NCBI GenBank assembly: GCA_963708075.1
Contig: OY970194.1
Coordinates: 544,001 to 608,000 of the forward strand
Direction of reading: 5' to 3'
Length of the DNA stretch: 64,000 bases
Origin: Sedimentisphaerales bacterium
GTDB taxonomy: Bacteria; Planctomycetota; Phycisphaerae; Sedimentisphaerales; Anaerobacaceae
Every line of letters starts with the position of its first letter. The first letter of the stretch is position 1. The notes beneath the pieces are model-generated. The model did not search any database, had not been told where the DNA came from, and saw nothing but the letters and a program-made list of their open reading frames with translations. Made by a program: the position numbers and the translations under genes. Of the stretch, positions 48,906 to 59,258 are shown piece by piece.

Positions 48906-50333
48906 ATGCAGAGACGTGAATTCCTGAAGATAGCCGGTTTGTGTGCCACTCTTCCTGTATGCGCGGTCACAGGGGCCCAGAAGCGGGGACCCAACGTCGT
49001 GTTCATCCTGGCCGACGACCTCGGCTACGGCGATCTGGGCTGCTATGGCCAGAAGAAGATCCACACGCCAAACATCGACAGAATTGCTGCCGGGGGTATG
49101 CGGTTCACCCAGTGCTATTCCGGCAACCCGGTCTGCGCCCCGTCACGGTGCACGCTGATGACCGGATACCACACGGGACATGCCCAAGTGCGGAACAATA
49201 AGCAGGTCGGCGGCGAGGAAGGCTGGAAGCTCGGCGCAACAACAGGGGGGCAGTGGCCGCTGGCCGAGGGCACGTTCACCGTCGCCCACCTGTTCAAGAA
49301 GGCGGGCTATGCCACCGGCGCATTCGGCAAGTGGGGCCTCGGGCGGGTCGGCACGACGGGCGATCCACAAAAGCAGGGCTTCGACCACTTCTTCGGCTAC
49401 ATCTGCCAGCGCCAGGCGCACACGTACTACCCGAATCACCTCTGGCGCGACGGCGAGATCCTCTGGATTGAGGAGAATAAGAACGAGGCCGAGCGGGTGT
49501 ACTCGCTGGACCTGATTGCCCAGGAAGCTCTGAAGTTCGTCAGGGTGAACAAGGACAAGCCATTCTTTCTGTACGTGCCATTCACGATCCCGCACGTGGC
49601 CTTGCAGGTGCCGGAGGATTCGCTGGCCGAGTACAAGGACCGGTGGCCCGACCCGCCATATGATGGCAAGAAGGGCTACGTCGCCCACCCGCATCCGCGG
49701 GCCTGCTACGCGGCGATGATCACTCGGATGGACAAGTATGTCGGGCAGATCACAGCTCTGCTCAAGGAGCTTGGTTTGGCGGAGAATACGCTTGTCATCT
49801 TCGCAAGTGACAACGGCCCGACCTACGCCGGCGGCGGGGACGCAGGCTTCTTCGAGAGTGCCGGACCTCTGCACGGCCTGAAAGGCTCGGTGTGGGACGG
49901 CGGCATCCGCGTACCGTTCGTCGCTCGCTGGCCCGGCAAAATCAAGTCCGGCAGCGAGAGCGATCAGATCGCCGCGTTTTGGGATTTCCTGCCGACGTGT
50001 GCCGAACTGCTGGATGTGCAGCCGCCTGCAGGCATCGATGGCATTTCGATTTTGCCCACGCTTCTGGGCCGGCCCCAGCAGCAAAAGCAGCATGATTATC
50101 TGTACTGGGAGTTGAACGGCCAGCAGGCGGTGCGGATGGGAGACTGGAAAGGTGTCCGCCTCAAGCCGGATCAGAAAATCCAGCTTTTCAACCTGAAAAC
50201 GGATATCGGCGAGAAGATCGATGTTGCCGACCAGCATCGGGATATTGTCGCCGGAGTGGAAGAGATATTCACCAAAGGCCGGACGGAATCCAAGGTCTTT
50301 CCCCTGCGCCAGCCGAGACCAGCCAAAAAGTAG
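48906..50333 (+). CDS. Arylsulfatase (formylglycine-dependent), Tat-exported
   Basis: RREFLK; PNVVFILADDLG; CAPSR; GKWGLG; SDNG. Confidence 0.95.
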   Translation: MQRREFLKIAGLCATLPVCAVTGAQKRGPNVVFILADDLGYGDLGCYGQKKIHTPNIDRIAAGGMRFTQCYSGNPVCAPSRCTLMTGYHTGHAQVRNNKQVGGEEGWKLGATTGGQWPLAEGTFTVAHLFKKAGYATGAFGKWGLGRVGTTGDPQKQGFDHFFGYICQRQAHTYYPNHLWRDGEILWIEENKNEAERVYSLDLIAQEALKFVRVNKDKPFFLYVPFTIPHVALQVPEDSLAEYKDRWPDPPYDGKKGYVAHPHPRACYAAMITRMDKYVGQITALLKELGLAENTLVIFASDNGPTYAGGGDAGFFESAGPLHGLKGSVWDGGIRVPFVARWPGKIKSGSESDQIAAFWDFLPTCAELLDVQPPAGIDGISILPTLLGRPQQQKQHDYLYWELNGQQAVRMGDWKGVRLKPDQKIQLFNLKTDIGEKIDVADQHRDIVAGVEEIFTKGRTESKVFPLRQPRPAKK

Positions 50334-50379
50334 CGCTGCGGCTATCCCAATTTGGCAAGCGGCTCTCGGCTATTTTGCC

Positions 50380-50458
50380 GGGTGCCATGCTTACGCTTGC
50401 GTAAGCATGCCTTGTCCTGTCGGTGGAGCATGTCCACGCGACCGTGGACATGGCACCC
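50380..50458. repeat. REP doublet, family A
   Basis: GGGTGCCATGCTTACGCTTGCGTAAGCATG...CATGTCCACGCGACCGTGGACATGGCACCC. Confidence 0.85.
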
Positions 50459-50519
50459 GCAACCCACGGTTTTGAGATAGTCAGAGTAGTATTCCGGCTA
50501 TGCTGCTCCGGTGGCTATC

Positions 50520-50613
50520 GGGTGGCAGCGGCAAGCGGAGTCTTCGGAGCTTGCCGATGGCGTACATATGTAGACACGAGTCATCGGCAAGCTGGCGCTT
50601 GCCGCTGCCACCC
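50520..50613. repeat. REP doublet, family B
   Basis: GGGTGGCAGCGGCAAGCG...CGCTTGCCGCTGCCACCC. Confidence 0.85.
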
Positions 50614-50659
50614 ATCATAATCGATATTCTCCAAGCACCATTGTAGAGTAGCCGGAGCA

Positions 50660-50743
50660 GTAGGGTGTGCATCGCACACCAGCAATCCGTTGGTCAGAGA
50701 GAGTGTTCTGTGCAGAGGAAGCGGTGTGCGGTGCACACCCTAC
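50660..50743. repeat. GTAG-type REP doublet (family C)
   Basis: GTAGGGTGTGCATCGCACACC...GGTGTGCGGTGCACACCCTAC. Confidence 0.8.
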
Positions 50744-50859
50744 AATTTCTTCCTCCAGGTGTAACCTTTGATGGTGCTGCGCTCACTATCCTGTCAGAAG
50801 GGCCCGACTGTGACGAACTGAATGATGAACAGGATCACGGAGCTCGAAAGGAGCCGGAT

Positions 50860-51606
50860 ATGAAGACGGGATGGAAGACAGCAGTTGTTGTGATGGTGGT
50901 ACTCGTTGTGGCGGGAGGGCTGGTCATTGCGGGCCCGGGCGGCGGGCCGGGATGGGGTCGCGGACCCGCCCATAGTCGTGGGCCAGGTATGGGGCCGGGC
51001 ATGGGTATGGGCATGGGGCCTCAGGGGCTTGGGCCGATGGGACCGGCTCATAGTGATGCACTGGGCGCTATAGGGGCGTGGCTGAACCTGACTGACGAGC
51101 AAAAGACTCAGCTTCGTGAGATCCAAGAGCAGGGGAAGGCAGATGCCGAAGCGGCCCAGGATGCTGTAGCTGACGCCAGGGACGCCTTGCACGACGCCGT
51201 GATAGGCGGCGCGGCGGAGACTGAGATTCGCGCTGCGGCGACCGCCCTCGGCGGGGCCATTGGCAATCAGGCTGTTCTACACGCCAAATCTGTGGCCGCC
51301 GCGAAGGCTATCCTGACAGACGAGCAGCGTAAGAAGTTCGACGAGATGAGAGCCAGGCTGCCGGGCCTTCGACAGAGAATTCCGCATGCCACGGGGCCGT
51401 TCTGCCCCTGGGCCGATCCCAACGATCCGAACGCGCCTGTGCAAGCTCCCCTGCGAGGCCAGGGTTTCGGTGGCGGTCCTGTGCCGACCGAGCAGATCTT
51501 CACGGCTGCTGATACCAACAAGGATGGCAAGCTGACACTGGAAGAACTCGAGGCCTTTCACAATAAGGTCCGAGGAAGCGGTCTGCAATTCCGGCATCAG
51601 CAATGA
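50860..51606 (+). CDS. Spy/CpxP-family periplasmic protein with C-terminal EF-hand
   Basis: Signal peptide, G/P/M-rich region, LNLTDEQK and ILTDEQR motifs, DTNKDGKLTLEE. Confidence 0.9.
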   Translation: MKTGWKTAVVVMVVLVVAGGLVIAGPGGGPGWGRGPAHSRGPGMGPGMGMGMGPQGLGPMGPAHSDALGAIGAWLNLTDEQKTQLREIQEQGKADAEAAQDAVADARDALHDAVIGGAAETEIRAAATALGGAIGNQAVLHAKSVAAAKAILTDEQRKKFDEMRARLPGLRQRIPHATGPFCPWADPNDPNAPVQAPLRGQGFGGGPVPTEQIFTAADTNKDGKLTLEELEAFHNKVRGSGLQFRHQQ

Positions 51607-51756
51607 GGGAACAATCGATATCTGTGATGACGGCCTCGCCTGGAAGGGACTGTTTCGGGCGGGGCCGCCACGCGTTGTGTGCCAAGTGAATATGAGGAAT
51701 GTAAGGCGACGGAATTGCCTTGCTGAGAATCGCGTGTAGGGGTAGTTCTTTGCGAT

Positions 51757-52440
51757 ATGATTGGCGCCAGTCATCTATTGCCGGATGCTGCAACATTCGT
51801 TGAGGCTCTCATCGCCGAGGCAGTGCGAGCCCTGGCGGACGCGGCGTATGCACAGCCGCAGAGCTTCGCGGCGGATGCGAGTGCAAGCGATCTGGAGGAT
51901 CTGGACCGGACACGCGGGGGCGACCCGGACGCCTATCGCCGGCTCATCGAGCGGCATCAGGACTACGTCGCGGGAATCCTCTGGCGATTTAGCCGCGACC
52001 GCCGGGACCACGAGGAGCTTGTGCAGGATGTGTTTGTAGAAGCTTACCTGGGCCTGGGCACCTACCGCAGAAAGGCGCCATTCCAGCACTGGCTGGCGCG
52101 CATCGCGACGCGCGTCGGGTACCGGTACTGGAAGGAGAAGACCCGCCGCAGGAAGGCGGAGTCCTTCAACCTTGAGCAATGGGACAGGGCCACCGAGGAT
52201 GACGGCATCAGCAGTGCACTTGAGCCTGAAGATGCGGCTACGCTCTTGTACAAGCTTTTCGAACAGTTGCCACCGCGTGACCGGCTGGTGCTGACACTTC
52301 GATACCTGGACCAATGTGACGTCGCGGAAACAGCTCAGCGGACGGGCTGGACAAGGACGATGGTCAAGGTGCAGACGTTGCGTGCGAAGAAACGACTACA
52401 GAATCTGGTTAAACAAGGCGGGACGGAGCTGATCCGATGA
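51757..52440 (+). CDS. ECF sigma-70 factor
   Basis: EELVQDVF; WLARIA; LPPRDRLVLTL. Start uncertain. Confidence 0.9.
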   Translation: MIGASHLLPDAATFVEALIAEAVRALADAAYAQPQSFAADASASDLEDLDRTRGGDPDAYRRLIERHQDYVAGILWRFSRDRRDHEELVQDVFVEAYLGLGTYRRKAPFQHWLARIATRVGYRYWKEKTRRRKAESFNLEQWDRATEDDGISSALEPEDAATLLYKLFEQLPPRDRLVLTLRYLDQCDVAETAQRTGWTRTMVKVQTLRAKKRLQNLVKQGGTELIR

Positions 52441-52703
52441 CCTGGGAAAAGAGAATTGAGCATCTGGCGGCAAGGGCGAGGGCCGAGAGGCCGCCGAAGG
52501 TGGACGTGGCAGATAGCGTTCTTCAAATGCTCGCGGCCGGTCAGACCGAGCCGCTGGGCGTGACGGAGCGATTCTGGATGTGGCTGGCCGCCGTGTCCTC
52601 CGCCGTAGCTGTGCCGACGGCGGCCGTCGCGTTCACGCTCTACGCGAGATCCGCCGGACCGCTGAACGGGATTGCTGAGGCGATTTCATGGGTAGCGAAA
52701 TGA
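52437..52703 (+). CDS. Putative anti-sigma factor (single TM)
   Basis: Coupled to the ECF gene by ATGA; one TM segment. Confidence 0.65.
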   Translation: MTWEKRIEHLAARARAERPPKVDVADSVLQMLAAGQTEPLGVTERFWMWLAAVSSAVAVPTAAVAFTLYARSAGPLNGIAEAISWVAK

Positions 52704-53288
52704 ACCAACACGAGAGTCTCGACAGCCCGATGGTCCTGCTCCGCCGGCTGCATCGCTGGCGAATGGCCTTCTTCGGATTGGTCATTCTCCTGGCAGGCAT
52801 GCTCAGCGGCGCTGCCATCGCGCTGCTGGTGGTCGGGCATCTCGAAGGGCAGGGGTCGCCACCTCCCATCGGGATGGTAAAGGAGATGCTGGCGCGACTC
52901 GGTCCTCGCCTGGATCTCTCTCGGGAGCAACGCGATCAGATGGAACCCATTCTTCTGCGACATGTGCAGAGACTCGATGAGATTGGACAGGACGGGCGGG
53001 CAGCGATCGTGGAGGAACTGAGGACCTTGAACGAGGAAATGGCCACCGTGCTGAACGAGGGCCAGATGCGCCAGTGGCAACAACTGCTGCAGAGTCTTCC
53101 CGGCCAGATCCGCCACGTTCCCGGTGGTTTTGGCCCCGGTCCGGGTTCTCGGTCCTGGGCCTGGCCCCGGCGGCGGTCGGGGAATGGGAGGTGGACGATT
53201 TGGCCCGAGGAGAGACGGTCAGGGCCCGCTCCACGTGTCTCCCGAAGGGCCGTCCGCACCGGATATGAATGCCGTGTCTCCCCATTAG
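52700..53288 (+). CDS. Membrane-anchored Spy/ZraP-like helical protein; +1 indel near 53147
   Basis: LDLSREQR and VLNEGQ motifs; the G/P-rich tail continues in the shifted frame to TAG 53288. Confidence 0.7.
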
Positions 53289-53392
53289 GTTCACGCGTCT
53301 GCTTCCCGATCCGGGTGTCACAAGCTTTGACAGTCGTGTGCGTGCGCGTTAGCATGGCGGTGATCGGAAACCGTCTATAGGAAGGTACGCAC

Positions 53393-54870
53393 ATGACTGC
53401 ACGACACACCAACGCTGCTGTACTTGGGGGACCTGGAAACGCGGGACGGATAAGCCGCCGGAATCTTGTGAAGGCTTCCGTTGCCGTCGGGCTTTCGATG
53501 ATCGTTCCGCACTCTCGCGCGAGGGGGGCCAACGGTGACATCCGGGTCGCCGTGGTGGGAATCCGAAGCCAGGGCAGCAATCACATCAATTGGTTCCGCG
53601 CGATCCCCGGCGTTCGCGTCGTCGCCATCTGCGACGCCGATAGGAACTTCCTGGAACGGGAGCAGAAGAAGTTCACCGACCGTGGCGAGAAGGTGGACAC
53701 GTACGTGGACTACCGCAAGCTGCTCGAAGACAAGAGCATCGATGCGGTAATCACCGCCACGCCGAACCACTGGCACGCGCTCGTCACCGTCTGGGCGTGC
53801 CAGGCGGGCAAGGACGTGTACGTCGAGAAGCCCGTCTCGCACAACATCTGGGAAGGGCGGCGGATGGTCGAGGCGGCCCGCAAGTACAGCCGCATTGTGC
53901 AAAGCGGCACGCAACGCCGCTCCGATGAGGGCCTGCGGGAGGCCATCGACTATGTCAAGCAGGGCAACCTGGGGGCGATCAAACTGGTTCGCGGCCTCGT
54001 GTACGTGCGGCGTGACAGCATCGGCAAGGTCGATGGGCCGCAGCCGGTGCCGGAGTCCGTCGACTATAACCTGTGGTGCGGTCCGAGCCCGATGCTCCCG
54101 TTGACGCGAAAGAGCCTGCACTACGACTGGCACTGGGTCTGGCCGACCGGCGACGGCGACTTCGGCAACAACGGCATTCATTACATCGATGTCTGCCGCT
54201 GGGTTGTCGGCAAGAACGAGCTGCGCCCCGCGTGCTGAGCTTCGGCGGGCGATTTGGATATGTCGATGATGGCGTGACACCCAACACACAGGTCATATTC
54301 CTCGACTATAAGCCGGTTCCAATCCTTTTCGAGGTTCGCGGCTTGCCCCGTGCAAAGGGCGACTCGGCGATGGACAACTACCGTGGGATTCAAGGCGGCG
54401 TGGTCGTGCACTGTGAGAACGGCTACCTCGCGGGCGGATGGGCTTACGACAACAGCGGCAAGAGAATCAAGCAGTTCAAACTGACGGAAGGCGCCGGCCA
54501 CCACGAGAACTTTATCAAGGCCGTGCGCAGCCGCAAGGTCAGCGACCTGAACGCCGATGTCCTCGAAGGCCACCTCTCCGCCGCTTTGTGCCACATGGGC
54601 AGCATCTCCTACCGCCTCGGACAGACGGCATTCCGAGCAGAGATTCTGGAACGGATCGGCGGCAACCAGGATCTTACGGAGGTGTTCGAGCGAGTCCAGG
54701 ATCATCTGCTGCTCAATGGCGTCGACGTGAAGCTGACACCGCGCGTTCTTGGCTGCTGGCTGACGACGGACCCGCAGGCGGAACGCTTCACAGGTGAGTT
54801 TGCGGAAGAAGCCAACAAGCTCGTCCGCGGGACCTATCGCGAGCCCTTTGTTGTTCCGGAGACGGTGTGA
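53393..54870 (+). CDS. Gfo/Idh/MocA oxidoreductase, Tat-exported; -1 indel near 54222
   Basis: SRRNLVK; TPNHWH; YVEKP; GTQRRS; continues as PRVLSFGGRF..YREPFVVP. Confidence 0.9.
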
Positions 54871-54926
54871 GATCCATATTTCTCGTTCAGCCGGCTATCA
54901 CGATCTTCGTTGTGTGCGCCGTCCTG

Positions 54927-55151
54927 CGCGTCCATGAGAAGGTCCGCCGGCTCTACAGGCTCTACGACGCCGAGAAGAACCTTGGACTGCAGATCACCGA
55001 GGGTCCCCACAAGGACACCCAGGAACTGCGGATTCATGCCTTTGTCTGGTTCAACCGCTTTCTCAAGGGAGAGGATCCGCTGATCAGCGACGCTGCTGCT
55101 CCTCTCTTTGAGCCGCAGCAGTTGAAAGTCTTTGGGGAATTGCAGCCGAAC
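54927..55151 (+). pseudogene. Internal fragment of an alpha/beta hydrolase-like gene
   Basis: LYRLYDAEKNLGLQITEGPHKD..WFNRFLKG resembles a hydrolase C-terminal His region; flanks are unrelated. Confidence 0.5.
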
Positions 55152-55279
55152 GCACTAATGTTGCGCTGCACGGGAAGAACACATCCGCCTGGCAGTTCCC
55201 AACATCGGTCGGCACAAGCCTCGGCTGGGACCGCCAACGATTTCGTACCGATTCCCAGTAGATCGTGGGGCGGTATCAG

Positions 55280-55357
55280 GGGTGCCATGTCCGCGCTCGC
55301 GTGGACATGTTCGCTCATCGGCTGAAACATGCTTACGCAAGCGTAAGCATGGCATCC
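55280..55357. repeat. REP doublet, family A
   Basis: GGGTGCCATGTCCGCGCTCGCGTGGACATG...CATGCTTACGCAAGCGTAAGCATGGCATCC. Confidence 0.85.
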
Positions 55358-55423
55358 AGTAGGCGGGGTGCCCCCGAGATCCGGGTAGCGTGGGCAAAGT
55401 TGTCTTCCCGTGGGCTGCGGTGC

Positions 55424-57304
55424 TCACTGCATTCCCGTGACGTGGTGGCTCATGGCGGCGATTTCTGTACCGTCGGGGAGTGTGAAAGACTTGTCGCCGA
55501 AGTTGACGGTGACCACGACACCATTAGCGAAACGCGTCTGCTGCACGCTTCTGTCATCGGTCAGGAACGAATGATCGACCATCTCACTGTAGCCGACCGC
55601 CCGCGCGACTGAGCAGGTGTCTTTGTAGCTTCGCAGGAAGCGGTCCTTGTTCTGTTCCCAGAATTCGCGAGAGAACATGAACATCGGCGGTGTGCCGTAG
55701 AGAATGTTGAACAGGTCCCGCTTGTCCCAGAGGGCGGGCAGCTTGTTGTTGTAGTCGCCCCAGTACCACTGGGCGACGACGCAATCGTGGTACACCAGCT
55801 CCCAGAGGGGCAGGCGGTAGTTGTGGCCGAGTTGGTACTTGGCCACTCGCTCGGGGACCTCCTGCCAGATCTTTTGCATCTGCCGTCCGGAGTCGGGCAC
55901 GCGATAGGGCCCGAGGCTGAGCATGCCTTCAAAGTAATGGACAAACGGCACGGCGGCATCGTGGCCCGTCTCGCTGCCGGTCACGAGGCGTACGTCCTGT
56001 GACATGTATCGCAGCAACTCCATCTTCCAGTGCCGGCTCTCGCCGCGGGTCATTGGGTGGTCCGGATGGTAGCACTCACGCCAAGGCGCGGCCGTGGTCG
56101 TATCGATGAATCGGCAGCGATACGGGTGAGTCTTCAACTCGGCGGGGACTCGTTCGGCGGCATATTTTACGGCCTGCTTGTCGCACAGCACCGCGCACGG
56201 GTACATCTTGCCGTCCTTGCCTCGGACCTCCCAGCCCTTGCGCCAGTCGCCCCTCTCGTCGAGCATGATATCCGCCGGCCAGGCTGCCTGGGTCCAGTCC
56301 GGGTGCACGCTGCGAAGCTGCTCCTTGACAACGTTCGGGTCCATCAGGTCTTGGTAGATGTCATACCGGCTGGTGAGAACGCCGCCCAGATCGTTCATTG
56401 CCTGGATCATCTCCGGGCTCGCCCGATTGCTCCACAGGATCCTGTCGATGCCACGGGACTTCATGTCACGCACCATGCCGAGGGGGTCCTTTTCCCAGTA
56501 CCAGACGTTGACCGCCCCGATCAGCAGGTCCACATTGGGATTCACGGCGCGTTTGTCCGTAAGCGTCTTGAGCAGGCCAGTCTGCCGTGCGTACGAGCGA
56601 TATCGTTTGCACATGGCCACGTGGCCGCCTTTGTCGAGGAAGACGTATCGCACCTTGCGAGCGTACCCGAATTGGCCTTTCTGGGGGTCCCATTCCGGCA
56701 TGACGCAGAGCTTGCCATCGTGTCGGGCGATCAGAATTGCAGCGTCGTCGGGCGTCTCCAGGATCGCCATGTACCCGCGCTGCCCATCCGTGGCGCCCCA
56801 GAAGGGCATGCAGATCCCGTGGCCGCCATAGGCGATCAGTCTCTGGGTTCCCACCGATGCATCGTCCACCGGATACGAGATCCCCTCATTCATGGGAATC
56901 ACCAGGCAGGTGCCCGCCTGGGTGACGAATGGCAACGGGTAACGAAGCGGGCTTGTCATATCGCGCTGTGCGGACAGAGTGACAGTGAACTCGGGCTTGT
57001 CCCCGTCCAACTCGATTTGCATGCTTGTATCCACGCTGAAGCCCGAGGCCCGCCACAATCCGGTTATGCCGTGGGCGCTGATCGTTGTCTCCGCCATTGT
57101 GCCTCGCACCACGGCCTTCTGTACCCAGCGTTCGCCCGTTCGCTTATCCAGGATGGTCATGGTCCCATCCGCGGCGTCGAGGGACACGGAGATGGCAGAA
57201 TTCTCCCGAACGAGGGAGTCGCCTCGGACGCACGGGACCGCCGTAAGGCATATAAGGATAGCAACAAGCGTGATTGGTCTACAACCTCTTGAGGTGATCT
57301 GCAT
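55424..57304 (-). CDS. Secreted glycoside hydrolase, GH129-like
   Basis: AGGAGG RBS; signal peptide; SRYDIYQD, FIDTTTA, GSETG, PLWELVYHD, QQTRFANG. Confidence 0.7.
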   Translation of the reverse strand: MQITSRGCRPITLVAILICLTAVPCVRGDSLVRENSAISVSLDAADGTMTILDKRTGERWVQKAVVRGTMAETTISAHGITGLWRASGFSVDTSMQIELDGDKPEFTVTLSAQRDMTSPLRYPLPFVTQAGTCLVIPMNEGISYPVDDASVGTQRLIAYGGHGICMPFWGATDGQRGYMAILETPDDAAILIARHDGKLCVMPEWDPQKGQFGYARKVRYVFLDKGGHVAMCKRYRSYARQTGLLKTLTDKRAVNPNVDLLIGAVNVWYWEKDPLGMVRDMKSRGIDRILWSNRASPEMIQAMNDLGGVLTSRYDIYQDLMDPNVVKEQLRSVHPDWTQAAWPADIMLDERGDWRKGWEVRGKDGKMYPCAVLCDKQAVKYAAERVPAELKTHPYRCRFIDTTTAAPWRECYHPDHPMTRGESRHWKMELLRYMSQDVRLVTGSETGHDAAVPFVHYFEGMLSLGPYRVPDSGRQMQKIWQEVPERVAKYQLGHNYRLPLWELVYHDCVVAQWYWGDYNNKLPALWDKRDLFNILYGTPPMFMFSREFWEQNKDRFLRSYKDTCSVARAVGYSEMVDHSFLTDDRSVQQTRFANGVVVTVNFGDKSFTLPDGTEIAAMSHHVTGMQ

Positions 57305-57635
57305 AGGATCGGGTCCTCCTTTTATAGCGACTCTGCTCCAGCGTAAGCAGTAAGTCATGGGACAGCATAAGGTTAGGCGCATTTCGAGTCCCAGGCAACA
57401 GAAATCCCCTCCAAAGTGCAGATGCACGAGCCCATATCGGTAGTGCACGAAAAAAACCTGTGAACGCTCTTGAACCTGCGTGCGTTTGCCGATACAATTA
57501 GTATAGGAGTTATTCTCCGCAGCACGTTGGAGGACAAAGCATGCAGCGAAACCGGCCTGCGATACCACATGGGGGACCATAAATCGTTCTGCGCACAGTG
57601 TGTGAACGTTTTGGAATTCAGAGAGGAGAACAGAA

Positions 57636-59216
57636 ATGAACACATCAAAGAGCATCGTGGGGGCACTAGTGATCGTGGTTGCGCTTGCCGGGGTTGGGTT
57701 CGCCAACTGGGCTGACTCGTTCGACGGCGGTAAGCTCAACCTGACGACGTGGCAGTTCCTATCGTTTCCCCAGGTGACCGGCACGTTCAAGCAGACATTC
57801 CCGGCCGGGGAGGGCGGGAACAACTATCTCGCCTTCACGGAAACCATGACTTCCAGTAAGGGAGGGGCTGCGTTCGGCGCCGGTTTCGGCAGCAGTGAGA
57901 AGTTCAAGGACGTCCGCGTCGGCGCAACGGTGAACGTGGCTGGCGATGCTTGCCACAACTACTACGGGTTGCTCGCTCGCGCCAGCTACTTCGTGGACCC
58001 GGACGGCAAGCTGACCGGCGTGGCGCCCGGCGTGGTCTCCGACTGCTACATCATGCACATCAGCTATGCGTACGGTCCGGCCAACCTGAGCCTCGATCTG
58101 GAGAAGGTGGTCCAGAACCAGAACATCATGGACGGTCCGGACATTGGGGTTGTGATCCCTCGCCTGGAGAACGCGAGAAGCTACTACGCGGAGCTCGAGG
58201 TCGTTGGGGCTGGTCCGGTGTATGTGACGGGACGCCTCTATGAGTTCAAGGGCGGCCCGCTCGTGGCTCAGACTCCCACGATGGTCGACACCGATGCGAA
58301 AGACCCCTGGGAGGACGCCAACAAGCGAGATAAGGTGTTCACCGAGGGCATCAGCGGTATTTTCGCCCAGAACGAGGATGACGTGCCGGTAGGCTTTTAT
58401 ATCACGTGGGACGACGTGTCCTCCGTCTCCGATGGCCCGACGGCGGTGCTCGTGAGCCCGGCCGACGGCGCTACTGGCGTCGCGACGAACGCGGATCTAA
58501 GCTGGATCGAGGCCGCCTTTGCCACCGGCCGGGAGGTCTGGTTTGGTCCAGCGGGCAACATGCAGAAGGTGTCGCCAGACCCGGCAAAGGGCAGCTTTGA
58601 TCCTGGGATGCTCCTGCCCAATCAGACCTACGAGTGGCGTGTCGATCAGGTCGGTGCGAAGGCGACTGTGGAGGGACATACCTGGCGATTCACCACCGGC
58701 AACGCCATTTCCGTTGAGGATTTTGAGTCCTACGCGGATAGTTCCCAGATTGCCGCCGCATGGCCTCACAATATCACGGGCTACGATTATGTCCTCCTTG
58801 AGACCGCCACGATCAATCAGGGGGCAAAGGCCATGGCGTTAGGCCTCCAGAATCAGTATGAGCCGTTCTTTACCGAGGCCACCCGCACGTTTGCGGCGGC
58901 GCAGGACTGGACGGTGGGCGGCGCCGATCGGCTCTCCATTTCGTTCCGCGGCAAGAGGGACAATGTCGAGCAGAAGGTGTATGTGAGGGTGGAAGACGCC
59001 GCCGGCAAGCAGGCGACCGTTGCCCATCCGTTTCTGTTTGCGATCCAGACGGAGTACTGGCGCACCTGGGACATTGCTCTCACGGAGTTTGCGGGCGTGG
59101 ACCTGAAGACCGTCACGAAGCTGACCATTGCCGCCGGAACCGGCACTGACTCGGGTCAGGCGGATAAGGATGAGGATACGCTTTACATCGACAACATCCG
59201 CCTGTCTCTTCCGTAA
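57636..59216 (+). CDS. Secreted beta-sandwich protein of unknown function
   Basis: Signal peptide; SPADGAT..YEWRVD; VEDFESY..QDWT..LYIDNI carbohydrate-binding-like C-domain. Confidence 0.8.
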   Translation: MNTSKSIVGALVIVVALAGVGFANWADSFDGGKLNLTTWQFLSFPQVTGTFKQTFPAGEGGNNYLAFTETMTSSKGGAAFGAGFGSSEKFKDVRVGATVNVAGDACHNYYGLLARASYFVDPDGKLTGVAPGVVSDCYIMHISYAYGPANLSLDLEKVVQNQNIMDGPDIGVVIPRLENARSYYAELEVVGAGPVYVTGRLYEFKGGPLVAQTPTMVDTDAKDPWEDANKRDKVFTEGISGIFAQNEDDVPVGFYITWDDVSSVSDGPTAVLVSPADGATGVATNADLSWIEAAFATGREVWFGPAGNMQKVSPDPAKGSFDPGMLLPNQTYEWRVDQVGAKATVEGHTWRFTTGNAISVEDFESYADSSQIAAAWPHNITGYDYVLLETATINQGAKAMALGLQNQYEPFFTEATRTFAAAQDWTVGGADRLSISFRGKRDNVEQKVYVRVEDAAGKQATVAHPFLFAIQTEYWRTWDIALTEFAGVDLKTVTKLTIAAGTGTDSGQADKDEDTLYIDNIRLSLP

Positions 59217-59258
59217 CAGGTCCGGGTCGATAGACGTAGTACTCAATGTGCTTTGAAC

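Noticed and set aside
25316..53150. Two insertions share the context GGTTCTC (GGTCTC plus T), hinting at a methylation-linked error or programmed frameshift
   Set aside because: Only two cases; intact GGTCTC sites exist (e.g. 11771) and the other indels have different contexts.
57305..57823. N-terminal extensions in the ORF track (also 50665, 21346, 62274, 11241)
   Set aside because: Downstream starts with an RBS and/or signal peptide fit better; the extensions overlap repeats, promoters or other genes.
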